From NCBI RefSeq assembly GCF_006345805.1, contig NC_043023.1, forward strand, positions 12,090,001 through 12,154,000: a stretch of DNA of 64,000 bases, written 5' to 3'. Position 1 is the first letter of the stretch. Each line of letters starts with the position of its first letter. A model generated the notes under the pieces. That model saw only the letters and a program-made list of their open reading frames with translations, made no database searches and had not been told where the DNA came from. Shown here one piece after another: positions 39,959 through 55,750 of this stretch. Origin of the DNA: Octopus sinensis. Its lineage: Eukaryota. The position numbers were made by a program, and so were the translations under genes.

Positions 39959-42900
39959 TTAACGTTTTCTATCCAGGATCAGGTGGGAAAGTGTTACAAG
40001 AGCTGTCAAGCCAGAGTACTGCTCCAGATTTGGCTGTATGCCCTTAAGATACATGGTGTGTTTTATAAATGTCCCTCTGCAAGTATCATGCTAACATGAA
40101 ACCAGTAGTAGCTCTTTTGGTTTTGGATTTAATTTCATGTGTGTGTGTGTGAACATGATGTCAGTCTAATTACAAAAATAGGTGTACACAAATCTTGTTT
40201 ACAAATCTTCTAGAGGGAAAGAAAAAAAAAAAATTGAAACTTTTCACAATTGCCGTTTACACTCCATATGCTAAAAAAATTGCAAGATAAGATATCCGAT
40301 GTGAAAATCTTAGAAAAGTGTAATATGTCCAGCATCCAAAGCATCATCATCATCATCGTTTAGTGTCCACTTTCCATGCTAGCATGGGTTGTACGGTTCA
40401 ATTTGGGTCTGGGAAGCCTGAAGGCTGCACCAGGCCCAGTCTGATCTGGCAATGTTTCTACAGCTGGATACTTTTCCTAACGCCAACCACTCCGTGTGTG
40501 TAGTGGGTGCTTTTTACGTGCCACCGGCACGAGACCAGTAGGGCCGGCGCTGGCAACAGCCACGTTCGGATGGTTCTCTTACGTGCCACCGGCACTGGTA
40601 TCACAGCTGCAATTTCCATTGATGTTGGTCGATTTCGATTCTCATATTGCCTCAACAGGTCTTCACAAGTAGAGTTTTGCGTCCCAAGAAGGAAAGGTAT
40701 GCATAAGTGGGCTGGCTACATCCCATGTAGAGGCCACGAGTTATGGTGTCACTTGTATACTGATGAGAATTCAGTGCAGATGGTTAGGACATGTTTTCGA
40801 AATGGAAAATGACTGCATTACAAAAATTCTTCAGTGTGTCCAACAAATAGAGGGATATCATGACAGCCTGGCCTTAGGTATAAGGATAAGCTGAAGCAAT
40901 AAATAAGCTCTCTAGAGCTTGATTTGACATGTTGGGAAAGTCATTGCCTAGATCCATTTGCATGGCATAAAAATCTTGGTCCTAATCACCTGATTTAAGT
41001 GTATTTACACCACTTCTGCATTTTCAACCGATCACTGACGTCCATTGAGGTAAAAAAACATTCTGTGCCGTATGAATATGTCCTCGTTTAAGAAACAGAT
41101 TGGGTTTATTTACACTTGCGAAGAAAAAAAGATACCCTTCCCCCACCACTAACCCTAACTAAGGATCTTTTCGGTTTGAAAGGCAGTTTTTTAAAATAAT
41201 TTCCACGTAACTAAACACTTTTAAACTTCGTATACTGGTAGAATCTGTTTATAAAACATCTTTTTCTCTTGGATTTATTGAGAAAATGCTATAGTTTGTA
41301 ACATATTTCAAGCATTTTGGCAATTTTAACCAATTGCTGACCTCCATTGACGTAAACAACATTCTGTGCCGTATGAATATGTCCCTCGTTTAAGAAACAG
41401 ATTGGGTTTATTTACATTTGCGAAGAAAAAAAAGATACCCTTCCCCCACCCCTAACCCTAAAACAGATTGAAATGCAATAGATCGATACTAGGGTTATAA
41501 TTATGGGTGACAATTTCATGGAAGCTATACTAGGTGCACAACACAGTGGGAAATGGAGTGACAGCGATCAACTCCGACGTCTGGCAGCTGACTTTGGCAG
41601 ACACCCATAAAATTATTAACATCTTACAAACAATAACTCTGAGCACCTTTTCAAACTCCATCTGTCTAACACCCATGGACATGTTTACAAAGTCAGAAAA
41701 CAGCACAGCTCCCATGACTTTAGGAAACATTTTTTCACGCTAAGAGTTGCTGAAGCATGGAACAAACTTCAAGCATCAGTTGTTAGTTGTCGGAGCACTG
41801 CATCCTTCAAAACTTCCATGCTTCCTGAGATTGCCAACACTACACCTGATCTTTCTCCCCTCCATACACACGCAAGCATGTATCTGACTCATACACTGTT
41901 CGCTTTCCAGACATTTGTACATTACTGTATATGCTTTATATGCACTCTTGACAAGTTGTGGTGCGACTGAACACTGGATACAACAATTTCATTATTATTA
42001 TTACAAACCGAAAAGATCCGTTGAATTCGTTCGGGTCTTTTTCTTCGTCGCATTCAGTCAACAACTTCACTTCCAAATTTCCACCAGATTATTATAACAA
42101 AGTCTACTCACATATTCTATCCTACGACCGTTTCCAGCTCATGACTTCACCGCAAATACCTTAAGAAATAATCCGTCTTGTGGGCGTGGCATCGGGACGT
42201 GACGTCATGCCGTCGCTCTTCCGGTTCCCTCCCCCACAGCATTTCCTCTCTTTTCCAATTATTGTCCCTCCTCTCCACTTGATCCCAATCTAATTAATAC
42301 TGCTTCTCTAATCCGCTCATAATCGCCCATTCTGTTGGGTGTGATGTTCATTCACATTGCTAGCTGGTCTACTATACTGGATGGATCTTTTCTGTTTGAA
42401 AATAATTTCCACGCAGGAGTGGCTGTGTGGTAAGTAGCTTGCTAACCAACCACATGGTTCCGGGTTCAGTCCCACTGCGTGGCACCTTGCGCAAGTGTCT
42501 TCTACTATAGCCTGGTGAATGGATTTGGCAGACGGAAACTGAAAGAAGCCCATTGTATGTATATATATATATATATATAGTGAATCCAAAGAAGAAAAAA
42601 AAGCACGTCAACGTGAGGACGTGGAACAAATATAGTATTGTTGGACGCTCAGGAAGGAAGGAAGAAGGAGGGTTTAACATTTCGAGCAGAGCTCTTTGTC
42701 GGAAACATAGAAGGAAAGATCCAGAGAAGGGAAGACAGAAGAAAAAAAATCGCCAACGGTACACACGCGGTCACATTTTGAAAGCATGTATGTATGTATG
42801 TATGTAGGAGTAGGTGTGTGGTAAGTAGCTTGCTAACCAACCACACGGTTCCGGGTTCAGTCCCACTGCGTGGCACCTCGGGAAAGTGCCTGCTACTATA

Positions 42901-45900
42901 GCCTCGGGCCGATCAAAGCCTTGTGGGTGGATTTGGTAGACGGAAACTGAAAGAAGCCCTTCGTATATATATTATATATGTGTGTGTGTGTGTTTGTCCC
43001 CATAGCATTGCTTGACAACCGATGCTGGTGTATTTATGTCCCCGTTACTTAGCGGTTCGGCAAAATGGACCGATAGAATAAGTACTGGGCTTACAAAAAA
43101 TAAGCCCTGGTGTCGATTTGCTTCACTAAAAGGCGGTGCTCCAGCATGGCCGCAGTCAAATGACTGAAACAAGTAAAAGAAATAAAGAAAGAGAGAGTAA
43201 CTAAACACTTAATTAAAAAAACTGCCGTTCAAACCGAAAAGATCCGTACCTAGTAGAGTTTTATAGCAGAATATATGAGTACATTTTATTAAAATAATCT
43301 AATGAAATTTGAAGAAATTGGGATTAAGAAAAAAACTGGAACGAAACCAAGCAGTCAGTAGAGCCATCTATTGGAGAATTGAAGGAATACAACTTTACAA
43401 AGGGAAATAACTTCGACTCCACTTTGCCGCCACCAATTATATTATTAATTAAGGTGCTTAATTACTGATCGTTGACTCGCTGTTTATGTCTGAATACGGT
43501 AAGTTGACAAAAATATACTTTAAGGCTGTAACGGTGATAATAATGCTAATAATGATAATGTAAAGAATAGAATTATGTAACTCTCTCGATATTACAGTAA
43601 TTATTTTTCGAAGCGGGAACCTGACAACAATTAGGAAAATATAATTTGCTCGTCTTAATTAATAACTTCCAAACTGAAATGTTGATCTGTTGTTTAGGAA
43701 AACCTATGATCGACTTTTATATGTGATATAAAGTAAATTAATTGGTAAAATGAAAGTAATGTGTCATTATTGATTAGTAAAAGGTGAGGAGAACGGTTTA
43801 AGACTACAACATTAATTAATTCTGTTGTGTCTGGGGAGAGTCATTCTCTTTTAGTGCCTTATTATTTAACACACTCACCGATAGAATTTCTACTTATTTC
43901 TTATTTGTGTTTCCCTAAAATTTTCGTTTCGTCTTGCAACTTTTTCAATAGTTTTGACTCTGTCCGTGATTTACACTGTGTTCCCTTTTGTTTCTTTGTG
44001 CGGTCGATAAATTAAGTACCAGTTACGAACTGGGTCGATGTAATCAACTTAATCCGTTTGTCTGTCCTTGTTTGCCCCCTCTGTGTTTAAGCCTCTTGTG
44101 GGTAATAAAGAAACAGGTATTTCGTCTGCCGCTACGCTCTGAGTTCAACTTCCGCCAAGGTCGACTTTGCCTTTCATCCTTTCGGGGTCGATAAATTAAG
44201 GACCAGTTACGCACTGGGGTCGATGTAATCGACTTAATCCGTTTGTCTGTCCTTGTTTGTCCCCTTGTGGGCAATAAAGAAATAAGAATATATGGACCCC
44301 AGTATTTCCAGAAAGGAATGAAAGGCAAGATCGACCCCTGCCGTATTTGAACTCAGAACCTTAAATTTGACTTAAATTCTTTTCAGAGTGTATAAATAAT
44401 AACGACGACGATGATGATGATGATAAGCATTTTTACTTAATGCATATGGCCTGTAATTTGGTTGGGAGGTGTAATTCTATTATATGGACCCCTGCTTCTT
44501 ATTTTATTGAACTCGGAAGTCTGAAAGGCAAAATGAACCTCGGTGGAATTTGAACTTTTAGAGTAAAATCCGATGAGAGTTACATGTGATAGAAAGTAAA
44601 TAGATAAAAGATTTCGTAGATTAACAGTAATTCAGAATCGTTACATGTTCTTTACACTTAATGGATCTTTTCCTTTTGAACGGCAGTTTTCAACACAATT
44701 TCTAGTTAACTAAACACTTTTAAACTTTGTATACTGGTAGAATGTGTCAAAATAAAACATTTTTTTCTCTTGGCTTTCTTGAGAAAATTGTAATTTGTTT
44801 GTCTAACGTAGTTTGATTCTTTGAATTTTAACCAATCATTTGCTGCGTCTAAAACTGAGACAACATCCTGTAACTAACCCTAACTTTTTTTTTCTTAATT
44901 GTTTATAGAATTATTTTGATTGTTAATTGTTTAAATCACTTTCCATTGCTTTAGTTTTTTTACATGCGTAACAATTAAATCAATTTAACAATTAAGAAAA
45001 AAAAAAATTTAGGGTTAGGGGGGAGGTTTAGGGTTAGTTACAGGATGTTGTTTCAGTTTTAGATGCAGCAAATGATTTTAGCTCAAAAGAGAGCATAGGA
45101 TTGGTTAAAATTCGAAAAATTAAACTACGTTAAACAAACAAATTACAAGTTTCTCAAGAAAGCCAAGAGAAAAAAAATGTTTTCTTTTGACACATTCTAC
45201 CAGTATACGAAGTTTTAAAATGTTTAGTTGACTGGAAATTGTCTGCCATTCAAAAGGAAAAGATCCCATTTAATTACTGCACAATAAGAGGAAACTCGCC
45301 TAATTAATTCTGATGGAATAATTACAAATCCGTCTGGGGTAAGTACTTAAATGTACCCCACCGACTTCGTTTCCTCGTCACTTTCTGAAAAATTGGTATT
45401 TTTAAATGAAATCTCTAAAAGCAGTACTCCAGCATGGCCACAGTCCCTGAGTGAAACAGTAGCTGGCATTCTGTGTTTTAGTTCATCCAATTAACTGAAA
45501 AGCCTGCTCATGGAATTAACATGCAAATGGCTGAGTATTCCACAGACATGGGGACCCTTGATATAGTCTTCAGTGAGGCACAGCATGACACGGATGGTGA
45601 GAAGACTGGCCCTTTGAATTACAGGTGAAACTCATTTTTGACACCTGAGTGGACTGATGCAAAGTGAAATAAAATGGCTTGGAGACTCATTGCACCACTG
45701 TGTATCGAACTCACAACTTTACAATTGTGAGTGAAATACCCTAACCACTAAGCCATGCCACTTCACAGGTGAAACAAGTGAAAGGAGAGAAGAGAAAGAA
45801 AACAGATAAATAATTAGAGAAATGTGGAAGCGATTCATCTATATACAGAATGTTGTAAAAGTTTCAATGCCTCAATGGATTCTGACCCATGCAAACGTAG

Positions 45901-46421
45901 ATATTAAATGGATGACAATTGATGTCGTAAAATTGAATTACTCTGTTGTTTAACTATCCATTTTATCTTACTGCCTCTTTTCCTATTTCAGAATAACACA
46001 TCGTGTCGACATAAAAGAAATTTCTTCATTCTGATGTGCCTCTGTTTTTATTGACTTCCCTTGACTGAAGGACGTCCACGTATTAACAAGAAACATTCAT
46101 CAATACATCAGACTCTTAATATAAATTTGATCTTCGACAAATGATGGGAAAAAATTTCTGGACATTGTATTTGACAACAACATTGTTTTTCTTCACTGTC
46201 TGGAATGTAGAGGAGATTATCAATTAACAGTTTGATTAACGTTGGATAACTTTACAAAAGATTTGACAGTTTACATTTTAGACATGAAGTAAAATCACAA
46301 ACGAAACAAACATAAGATTAAATTATTCTCTGGAAATACAGACACAACTAAACACTAACATCCACAGAATTTGGAAAAACACACTATTATTGTGATATTC
46401 ATGACAGATTATTCTCTCCTA

Positions 46422-48590
46422 ATGAATAATTTGACTGAACCAAAAACCCCTGATACAAGAGAGAAGCCATATCATTGTGATATCTGTGGTAAATCATTCT
46501 CTCAAAGGGGTTCTTTCACCTGTCACACACGTATTCATACTGGGGAAAAGCCATATCACTGTGATATCTGTGGTAAATCATTCTCTCAGAGTGGTTCTTT
46601 GACTTATCACAAACGTATTCATACTGGGGAGAAACCACATCACTGTGACATCTGTGGTAAATCATTCTCTCAAAATAGTACTTTAACTAGTCACAAATGT
46701 ATTCATACTGGGGAAAAACCATATCAGTGTGATATCTGTGGTAAGTCATTTTCTGAGTCTGGTCTTTTGAAATTACACAAACGTATTCATACAGGAGAGA
46801 AGCCATATCACTGTAATATTTGTGGTAGGTCATTCTCTCAAAGGAGTGCCTTGACAAATCACACATACACACATACAGTAGATAAGCCATTTCATTGTAA
46901 TATCTGTGATAAATTTTTCACTACCAATAGTCACTTAATTCGTCACAAACGCATTCATACTGGGGAAAAACCACATCACTGTCATATCTGTGGTAAATCA
47001 TTTTCCACAAAAGAAACTTTAGCTCGTCACAAACGTATTCATACTGGGGAAAAGCCATATCAATGTGATATTTGTGGTAAATCATTTTCTCAAAGTGGTG
47101 ACTTGCTTAAACACAAACGTACTCATACAGGAGAGAAGCCATATCATTGTAATATCTGTGGAAGATCATTTTCTGGAAGTAGTGACGTGATTAAACACAA
47201 ACGTACTCATACAGGCGAGAAGCCATATCATTGTAGTATCTGTGGTAAATCATTTTTTGACAGTAGTAGTTTAAGTAGTCACAAACGTATTCATACGGGA
47301 GAGAGGCCATATCATTGTGATATCTGTGGTAAATCATTCTCTACAAGTAGTCGTTTGACTAGTCACAAGTCTATTCATACAGGAGAGAAGCCATATCGTT
47401 GTAATATCTGTGGTAAATCATTCTCTCAAAGGGGTTCTTTCACCTGTCACACACGTATTCATACTGGGGAAAAGCCATATCACTGTGATAGCTGTGGTAA
47501 ATCATTCTCTCAGAGTGGTTCTTTGACTTATCACAAACGTATTCATACTGGGGAAAAACCATATCACTGTGATATCTGTGGTAAATTATTTTCTGGGTCT
47601 GGTCCCTTGAAATCACACAAACGTGTTCATACAGGAGAGAAGCCATATTACTGTGATATTTGTGGTAAATCATTCACTCAAAGGAGTAACTTGACTAAAC
47701 ACACATACACACATACAGGAGAGAGGCCATTTCATGGTGATATTTGTGATAAATCTTTCACTAGCAGTAGTCAATTAATTCGTCACAAACGCATTCATAC
47801 TGGGGAGAAACCACATCACTGTGACATCTGTGGTAAATCATTCTCTCAAAATAGTACTTTAACTAGTCACAAATGTATTCACACTGGGGAAAAACCATAT
47901 CAGTGTGATATCTGTGGTAAGTCATTTTCTGAGTCTGGTCTTTTGAAATTACACAAACGTATTCATACAGGAGAGAAGCCATATCACTGTAATATTTGTG
48001 GTAGGTCATTCTCTCAAAGGAGTGCCTTGACAAATCACACATACACACATACAGTAGATAAGCCATTTCATTGTAATATCTGTGATAAATTTTTCACTAC
48101 CAATAGTCACTTAATTCGTCACAAACGCATTCATACTGGGGAAAAACCACATCACTGTCATATCTGTCGTAAATCATTTTCCACAAAAGAAACTTTAGCT
48201 CGTCACAAACGTATTCATACTGGGGAAAAGCCATATCAATGTGATATTTGTGGTAAATCATTTTCTCAAAGTGGTGACTTGCTTAAACACAAACGTACTC
48301 ATACAGGAGAGAAGCCATATCATTGTAATATCTGTGGAAGATCATTTTCTGGAAGTAGTGACGTGATTAAACACAAACGTACTCATACAGGCGAGAAGCC
48401 ATATCATTGTAGTATCTGTGGTAAATCATTTTTTGAAAGTAGTAGTTTAAGTAGTCACAAACGTATTCATACAGGAGAGAAGCCATATCGTTGTAATATC
48501 TGTGGTAAATCATTCTCCCGAAATGAGGGCTTGTCTAAACACAAACGTACCCATACGGGGAAGAAGCCACATGATTGTGATATCTGGTGA
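46422..48590 (+). CDS. C2H2 ZNF gene 4b, 25 fingers (one C->G degenerate)
   Basis: Intact 722-aa ORF from MNNLT. Internal blocks F1-2 ~ F12-13 and F3-10 ~ F17-24. Acceptor at 45991. Confidence 0.9.
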   Translation: MNNLTEPKTPDTREKPYHCDICGKSFSQRGSFTCHTRIHTGEKPYHCDICGKSFSQSGSLTYHKRIHTGEKPHHCDICGKSFSQNSTLTSHKCIHTGEKPYQCDICGKSFSESGLLKLHKRIHTGEKPYHCNICGRSFSQRSALTNHTYTHTVDKPFHCNICDKFFTTNSHLIRHKRIHTGEKPHHCHICGKSFSTKETLARHKRIHTGEKPYQCDICGKSFSQSGDLLKHKRTHTGEKPYHCNICGRSFSGSSDVIKHKRTHTGEKPYHCSICGKSFFDSSSLSSHKRIHTGERPYHCDICGKSFSTSSRLTSHKSIHTGEKPYRCNICGKSFSQRGSFTCHTRIHTGEKPYHCDSCGKSFSQSGSLTYHKRIHTGEKPYHCDICGKLFSGSGPLKSHKRVHTGEKPYYCDICGKSFTQRSNLTKHTYTHTGERPFHGDICDKSFTSSSQLIRHKRIHTGEKPHHCDICGKSFSQNSTLTSHKCIHTGEKPYQCDICGKSFSESGLLKLHKRIHTGEKPYHCNICGRSFSQRSALTNHTYTHTVDKPFHCNICDKFFTTNSHLIRHKRIHTGEKPHHCHICRKSFSTKETLARHKRIHTGEKPYQCDICGKSFSQSGDLLKHKRTHTGEKPYHCNICGRSFSGSSDVIKHKRTHTGEKPYHCSICGKSFFESSSLSSHKRIHTGEKPYRCNICGKSFSRNEGLSKHKRTHTGKKPHDCDIW

Positions 48591-48990
48591 ATCATTCTCT
48601 AGCAATAGTAACAAACCTATTCATACTGGGGGAAAAAACCATATCAGTGTGATATCTGTGGTAAACCATTCTCGGCAAATGGCCTCTTAAGTACACGTGT
48701 GAGTATTCATACACAAGTGTAACCGTATCAGTATTAAAATTTATTACAACAGGACAACAATTATGAATATTTTGTCTGCCATAAGACAGGGCTTATTCCT
48801 TGATGTTATCGACTTCAATTCCATCACTGTCAATATGAAATTCATGAATATGAACCTCAGTATCATGTATGTGTCTAAATATATTAAAACAGTGATGATT
48901 TGTGAAGAACATGGTGCTGGATTTTTGAGGAATTTCTTACGAGAGAATGCAGGAAAGGGAATAAGGAATACAAGCTTTAAGAGACATTAA

Positions 48991-49200
<210 letters not shown>

Positions 49201-50644
49201 TGACAACAATTATGAATATTTTGTCTGCTAAAAGACAGGGTTCATTCCTCTTCAAGCTTGACATTATCAACTTCAGTTTCTTGGATGTCAACATGAAATT
49301 CATGAATCACAACTTCAATATCATTTATATATCTGAGTATATCAACACAGAGATGACTTTGGTTTCTGAAGAGGATTGTGCTGGACTTTTGAGGAATTTG
49401 TTATGAGAGAATAAAGGAATGGGAATAAGGAATAAAAGTTTTAAGTGACATTGATTTTGTCTTTGTTGTGTTTTCATCATCATCTTCATCATACTTTACC
49501 ATCCATTTTTTTTGCAGGCTTGGGTGGGAAAGTGTGACAGGTGATGAGAGTTGTTAAATCCATATATACTTTCTTGGTTATTCTTCTGCAATAATCCATG
49601 ATATTCATATGTAAAATCCATTGTATTATCTTGTATTCCAAATATAATTCATATATTGAGTTTAGAAATGTGAAATTTGGTGCCTTATAATTTAATATTG
49701 GTGTAAAGGCTTAGCACTGAAATAGTCAAAACTATTGGAAAGGTTGCAAGACGCAACAAAAATTTTAGAAAAAGAAAAAGTAAATAAGTGGAAATTTTAC
49801 TGGTGAGTGTGTTACATTATCAGGCACCAAAAGAGAATGACTCTCCCCTGACAACAGAATATGGTTCAACACACAAACTCACATAAAGAATTTTGCAAAC
49901 CAAACCCAATATATATATATATATATATATTTTTTATACATATACTGGAGTAAACACATAAATGTGAAACAAGGTGGAAAAAGGAGTACTCAAATATGAG
50001 AGGTAGAGTAATATGCTTTATTTAAAAGCAGCAGAAATTTAACAAAAGCTGTTACTCAGAGTAATATATATATATATTGGTAAAAACGGTAAGATAACAA
50101 AAGAAAGAAAGAGACCTCAATATTATGTAAATAGAGGAATTTATCTGTAAAATAATATGTGACAATTATTCAATAGCCAAGATAAAACTCTGAGTTTCAG
50201 ATGCCGAAGTGGAAATCCACACCACCATCTCTTCGGTTATCTGGCCATCTGAAAAACGCTAAACATAGCGTTTCTCAAACGGCCACATAACCGAAGAGAT
50301 GGTGTTGTGGATTTCCACTTCGGCATCTGAAACTCAGAGTTTTATCTTGGCTACCGAATAATTGTCACATATTACATTTACAGATATATATATATATGTA
50401 TATTACCTCAACATCCAAGCATCCTCATTCTACATTGAGAGATGGACGCTTCATTTTTGTGCTGGTGCCACATTATGTCGTACGCGAATGAGAGGATTTG
50501 CATCCCCAACGTAGAATTTTTGATGTAATACATGTCCTTGAGGTAGTAATTGTGCGCAGCTGAAGAAGGCCATAGACACACATTATGCATTGTTATAAAT
50601 CCGTCTAATAAAGGCCCGAAACATGTACCGCTGAATCCTTCGCA

Positions 50645-50666
50645 TCATATATATATGTATATGTAA

Positions 50667-50704
<38 letters not shown>

Positions 50705-50739
50705 GTAAATATGTATATATATATGTATATGTAAATATG

Positions 50740-50770
<31 letters not shown>

Positions 50771-50780
50771 GTATATATAT
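50645..50780. repeat. Compound (TA)n microsatellite
   Basis: Seen directly; equivalent tracts at about 29025-29090 and 39055-39121. Confidence 0.9.
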
Positions 50781-52060
50781 ACACACAGGTGCTGGAGTGG
50801 GTGTGTGGTAAGAAGTTTGCTTCCCAACCACATGGTTCCAGGTTCAGTCCCACTGCGTGACACCTTGGACAAGTGTCTTTTACTATAGCCACGAGCTGAC
50901 CAAAGCTGTGTGAGTGGATTTGTTAGACGGAAACTGAAAGTAGTCCATCGTTTATATATATAGATATGTAAATATATAGGATGTCAAATATCTTTAGAAA
51001 TTTCACCACCAGTGGCCTAGCATGTATAAAAGTCAATAGACAACAATGCTAGAAGAAGCAGTTAAAATGACCAAAACCACATTGCTCTTAAATGTGGTCT
51101 TGGTCGTTTTGACTGCTTCTTCTAGCGTGTAAAACTTACCTGCTAAAGATAGTTTTCTCTTGTGTTTAAATGTACACTATTTTATATATATATATATATA
51201 TATAATACACACACACATATATCACCATGACCGACCAAGCTATAAGATGTTGCTACACATCGCTGGTCACAATGTGCTTCACATTGTTTTAGCCTTCAAA
51301 TGATGCCACCCCACTGGCTAAGCGAGCAGGCCAACAGCAGAAAGTTGTGGTGAAAGGGAGCTTTTAGGTGTTTTCGCTCAATAACACACACAATGCCCGG
51401 TCTGGGAAACGAAACTGCGATCCTATGAGCACAAGTCCACTGCCCTAACCACTGGGCCATTGCGCATCCACACACACACACACATATATAAATATATTCA
51501 TCTCTCTCGCTCTTTATTTTCCCAGGATGGAAAATATTACTACAGGATGGAAAATATTACTACAGGATGATAATGACAATGATGATGATGATGATGGTGA
51601 TTAAAAAACAAGATGGACAAAGTCAACAGTTTAACCTTTTATTCATTATTTCCATTTCTTTATTCTCTCAAAACAAATTCTTCAAAAATCCAGCACGATC
51701 ATCTTCAGAAATCAAAAGCATTGTTGTGTTCATATATTTCAGGTATATTGTATATACACGACATTCGGGTTGATATCCATGAATTTGATGTTGATACTGC
51801 TAAAACTGGTGTTGATAACGTGAAATTTGAAGAGGAAAAATCTCTGTCCTTTAGCAGACAAAACAGTCACAATTGTTTTCATGTAATAAATTTTGATATT
51901 GAACATCAAAATAAAAAATCAAATGGAAATAGTAGTTAAGACACTCGTGCTGGTGACACGTGAAAAGCACCGCCCGAATGCGGCAGATACTAGCGTCGCC
52001 TGATTGGCGTCTCTCATAACAAATTCCTCAAAAATTCAGCACAATCCTCTTCATTTATAT

Positions 52061-52262
52061 ATGCCAGTAGTGCCTGACGGTGGCATGTAAAAGCACCCTC
52101 TACACTCTCGGAGTGGTTGGCGTTAGGAAGTGTATCCAGCTGTAGAAACTCAGCCAGATCAAGATTGGAGTCTCGTGCAGCCTTCTGGTTCGCCAGACCT
52201 CAGTCAAATCGTCCCACTCATACTAGCATGGAAAGCAGACGTTAAACGATGATGATGATGAT
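52061..52262 (+). mobile_element. RTE-type retroposon inserted in the 3' module of gene 6
   Basis: ...CATGGAAAGCAGACGTTAAAC(GAT)n. Module sequence lies on both sides. Confidence 0.75.
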
Positions 52263-52412
52263 ATGATGTTGAAGTTGTTATTCATAAATTTCATATTAAC
52301 ATTGATGAAATTGAAGTTGATAACATGAAGCTTGAAGAGGAATAAACCCTGTTTTCATCTGACATAATATTCATAATTTTGTCCAGTTGTAATAAATTTT
52401 GACACTGACATA

Positions 52413-53332
<920 letters not shown>

Positions 53333-54332
53333 TCATACATGTCACAATGATATCGTGTGTTTTTCATTTCTATGAAAGTTTGTGTCCAGTTTTATCACTA
53401 TTTTCAGAGAATATGTTTTTTTCATTAGTGATTTTACTAAAATAGATGTATATTGTGAACTCTTTGTAAAGTTAACGAAGCAAATTTAATCTGTAAATTG
53501 ATTATCTCCTCTACATTCCAGATAATGAAGACAACAAAAATATTGTTGTTAATTACATAGTCCAGAAGAAATATTTTCCATCGTTTGTTGAAGATTTTGT
53601 TCATACAAAGAAGTTGATGCGTTGATGAATGTGCCTTATGAATATATGGTCTTCCTTTATTGATGAAAGCCAATAGAAATATCAGAGGCACATCTGAATG
53701 AAGAAGTTTCTTTTACGTCAACAGGATGTGATATTCTGAAATAGAAAAAGAAGCATTGAGATAAAGAGGGAAGTCAAACAACAGTATAATTCACAATTGC
53801 AAATATTCAACATCAACACTGAAGCCGCCAGAATTTGGAAAAGTTCTTTTATTTATTCATTATTATTGGTGATTTTGTTCATTCTTTGGACTAGTCAAAT
53901 TTTGCGAAAGTGCAAACAGGGTTGTTCATTTATATAAAACAAATTTTTTTTTTTGTTTATAAGAGGACATCATTGTTTTTGGTTTTTTAGGGGGGTGAGG
54001 TTCCAGAACAAATGAAGATCCAATTCCTTCCCTTATATGAAGTAATCTACCCAGTATTCATTCTTTATCGAGTGAAGAAAAGGTATGGACGATTTGTTTT
54101 GGAGTCTAATAATACCATGTATGCCTATGAGGATTTACTTTCCAATGAAACTCAGTTTTTTCTCAAACCTGTTATAGTGATACATGTCTTTGGTGTGGTA
54201 ATTGTACGCAGCTGAAGAAGGCTTTTGATCTATATGTTATATCAATTATGCATTGATATAAGATAAGTTGTTCAATAAAGCCCGAAAATATGACCGCAAA
54301 ATCTTTGCGTCCTGTTTTTCTTTTAATACATA

Positions 54333-54600
54333 TCATCATCAATAACGTCCGCTTTCCATGCTAGCATGGGTTGGATGGTTTCGAGGGATCTGGGAAGCCA
54401 GAAGGCTGCACCAGGCCCGTCTGATCTGGCAGTGTTTCTACAGCTGGATGCCCTGCCTAACGCCAACCACTCCGTGAGTGTAGTGGGTGCTTTTTCGTGC
54501 CAGACGAGGTGGCAAATGGCCACGATCAATGGTGCTTTTTACGTACCACTGGTACGAAAGCCAGGCTGGCATCGGTCACGTTCGGATGGTACTTTTATGT
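54333..54600 (-). mobile_element. RTE-type retroposon 3' end (others at about 16890-17020, 20380-20820, 30310-30750, 40341-40780, 58676-58995, 59334-59522)
   Basis: (CAT)n AATAACGTCCGCTTTCCATGCTAGCATGGGTTGG. Confidence 0.8.
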
Positions 54601-55147
54601 GCTATCGGACGTAAGCCAGTCGAGGCGGCCCCATGTTCGGATACTATAATAATAGACTGTTCGGATACATAAATAAATAGAAAGATAGATTGACCGACAG
54701 GTAGGCAGACAGACAGATAGGTAGGTAGGGAGAGAGAGACCTCTCCTTCAATTTGACATGTATTCACCATATATTTATTTGTTTAGTCACTTTACCATTG
54801 TACTTACAAGAGTTCAAGGATGGAGACCTCTCCAGATGTCGGTTCTAGGATGGGGTGCAGCCATCACTGAAATCAATTTTGCTTTCTTTTTTTTTTTTTT
54901 TTAAGGTCCCAGAAGGAAGATGAGAGGTTCTATGAAAATTTTAATATTGGGTTGTCCGAAAGTTCATTTTTAAAGGAAAGAAATAGGTCAATAAATACTT
55001 GCCATTACATTTTAATCAACCAAATATGAACCATTTCTTGCACAATGCGTATCCATATTTCCTATTTTATGGACTCAACCATGTTCTAAAATAAGTCGAA
55101 AGGTAAGCTACTATAACTCGGCACAAACTTTCCAGACAACCCAGTAC

Positions 55148-55750
55148 ATATATATATATAAAGCTGAAGTTGTCTGTGTGTCAGGTTTGGTAGCCTTCAA
55201 CTAGCACCATCTCCTCCGAGACCCTGTGGCGCAAGTTGACCAAATTAAGAGTATGATAGAAGAAAGCTTGCTCTTCCTTTTGTAGAAGGAAAAATTCAAA
55301 TCAGAACATGTTAAGATCAAAAATTATTTACATCAAAGAGGTGCTTTTTTTCTATGAAAAGCCCTATTTTTTACGATTTTTTGACTGCTGTGTCATCATT
55401 TTTCGGTGTATTTCAACCAGAAAAATGTTCACTTAAAGAGAATAACAAGCTACATAATGCTGAAAGCTTGCTCTTCCTTTGTAGAAGGAAAAATTCAAAT
55501 CAGAACATGTTAAGATCAAAAATTATTTACATCAAAGAGGTGCTTTTTTTCTATGAAAAGCCCTATTTTTTACGATTTTTTGACTGCTGGTCATCATTTT
55601 TCGGTGTATTTCAACCAGAAAAATGTTCACTTAAGAGAATAACAAGCTACATAATGCAAAATTTTTACTTTTCGAAAATTCCAATTCTAAAGGGTCGTTT
55701 TAAGCACAACTATAAAACAAACCCGAGCAATGCCGGGCTATACTGCTAGT
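55148..55750 (-). mobile_element. Helentron/HINE-like element with an internal 200-bp tandem duplication; relatives at 58298-58656 (+) and 60523-60912 (-)
   Basis: The minus strand starts ACTAGCAGTATAGCCCGGCATTGCTCGGG and ends GACACACAGACAACTTCAGCTTTATATAT. GAAAGCTTGCTC is repeated at 55262 and 55462. Confidence 0.6.
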
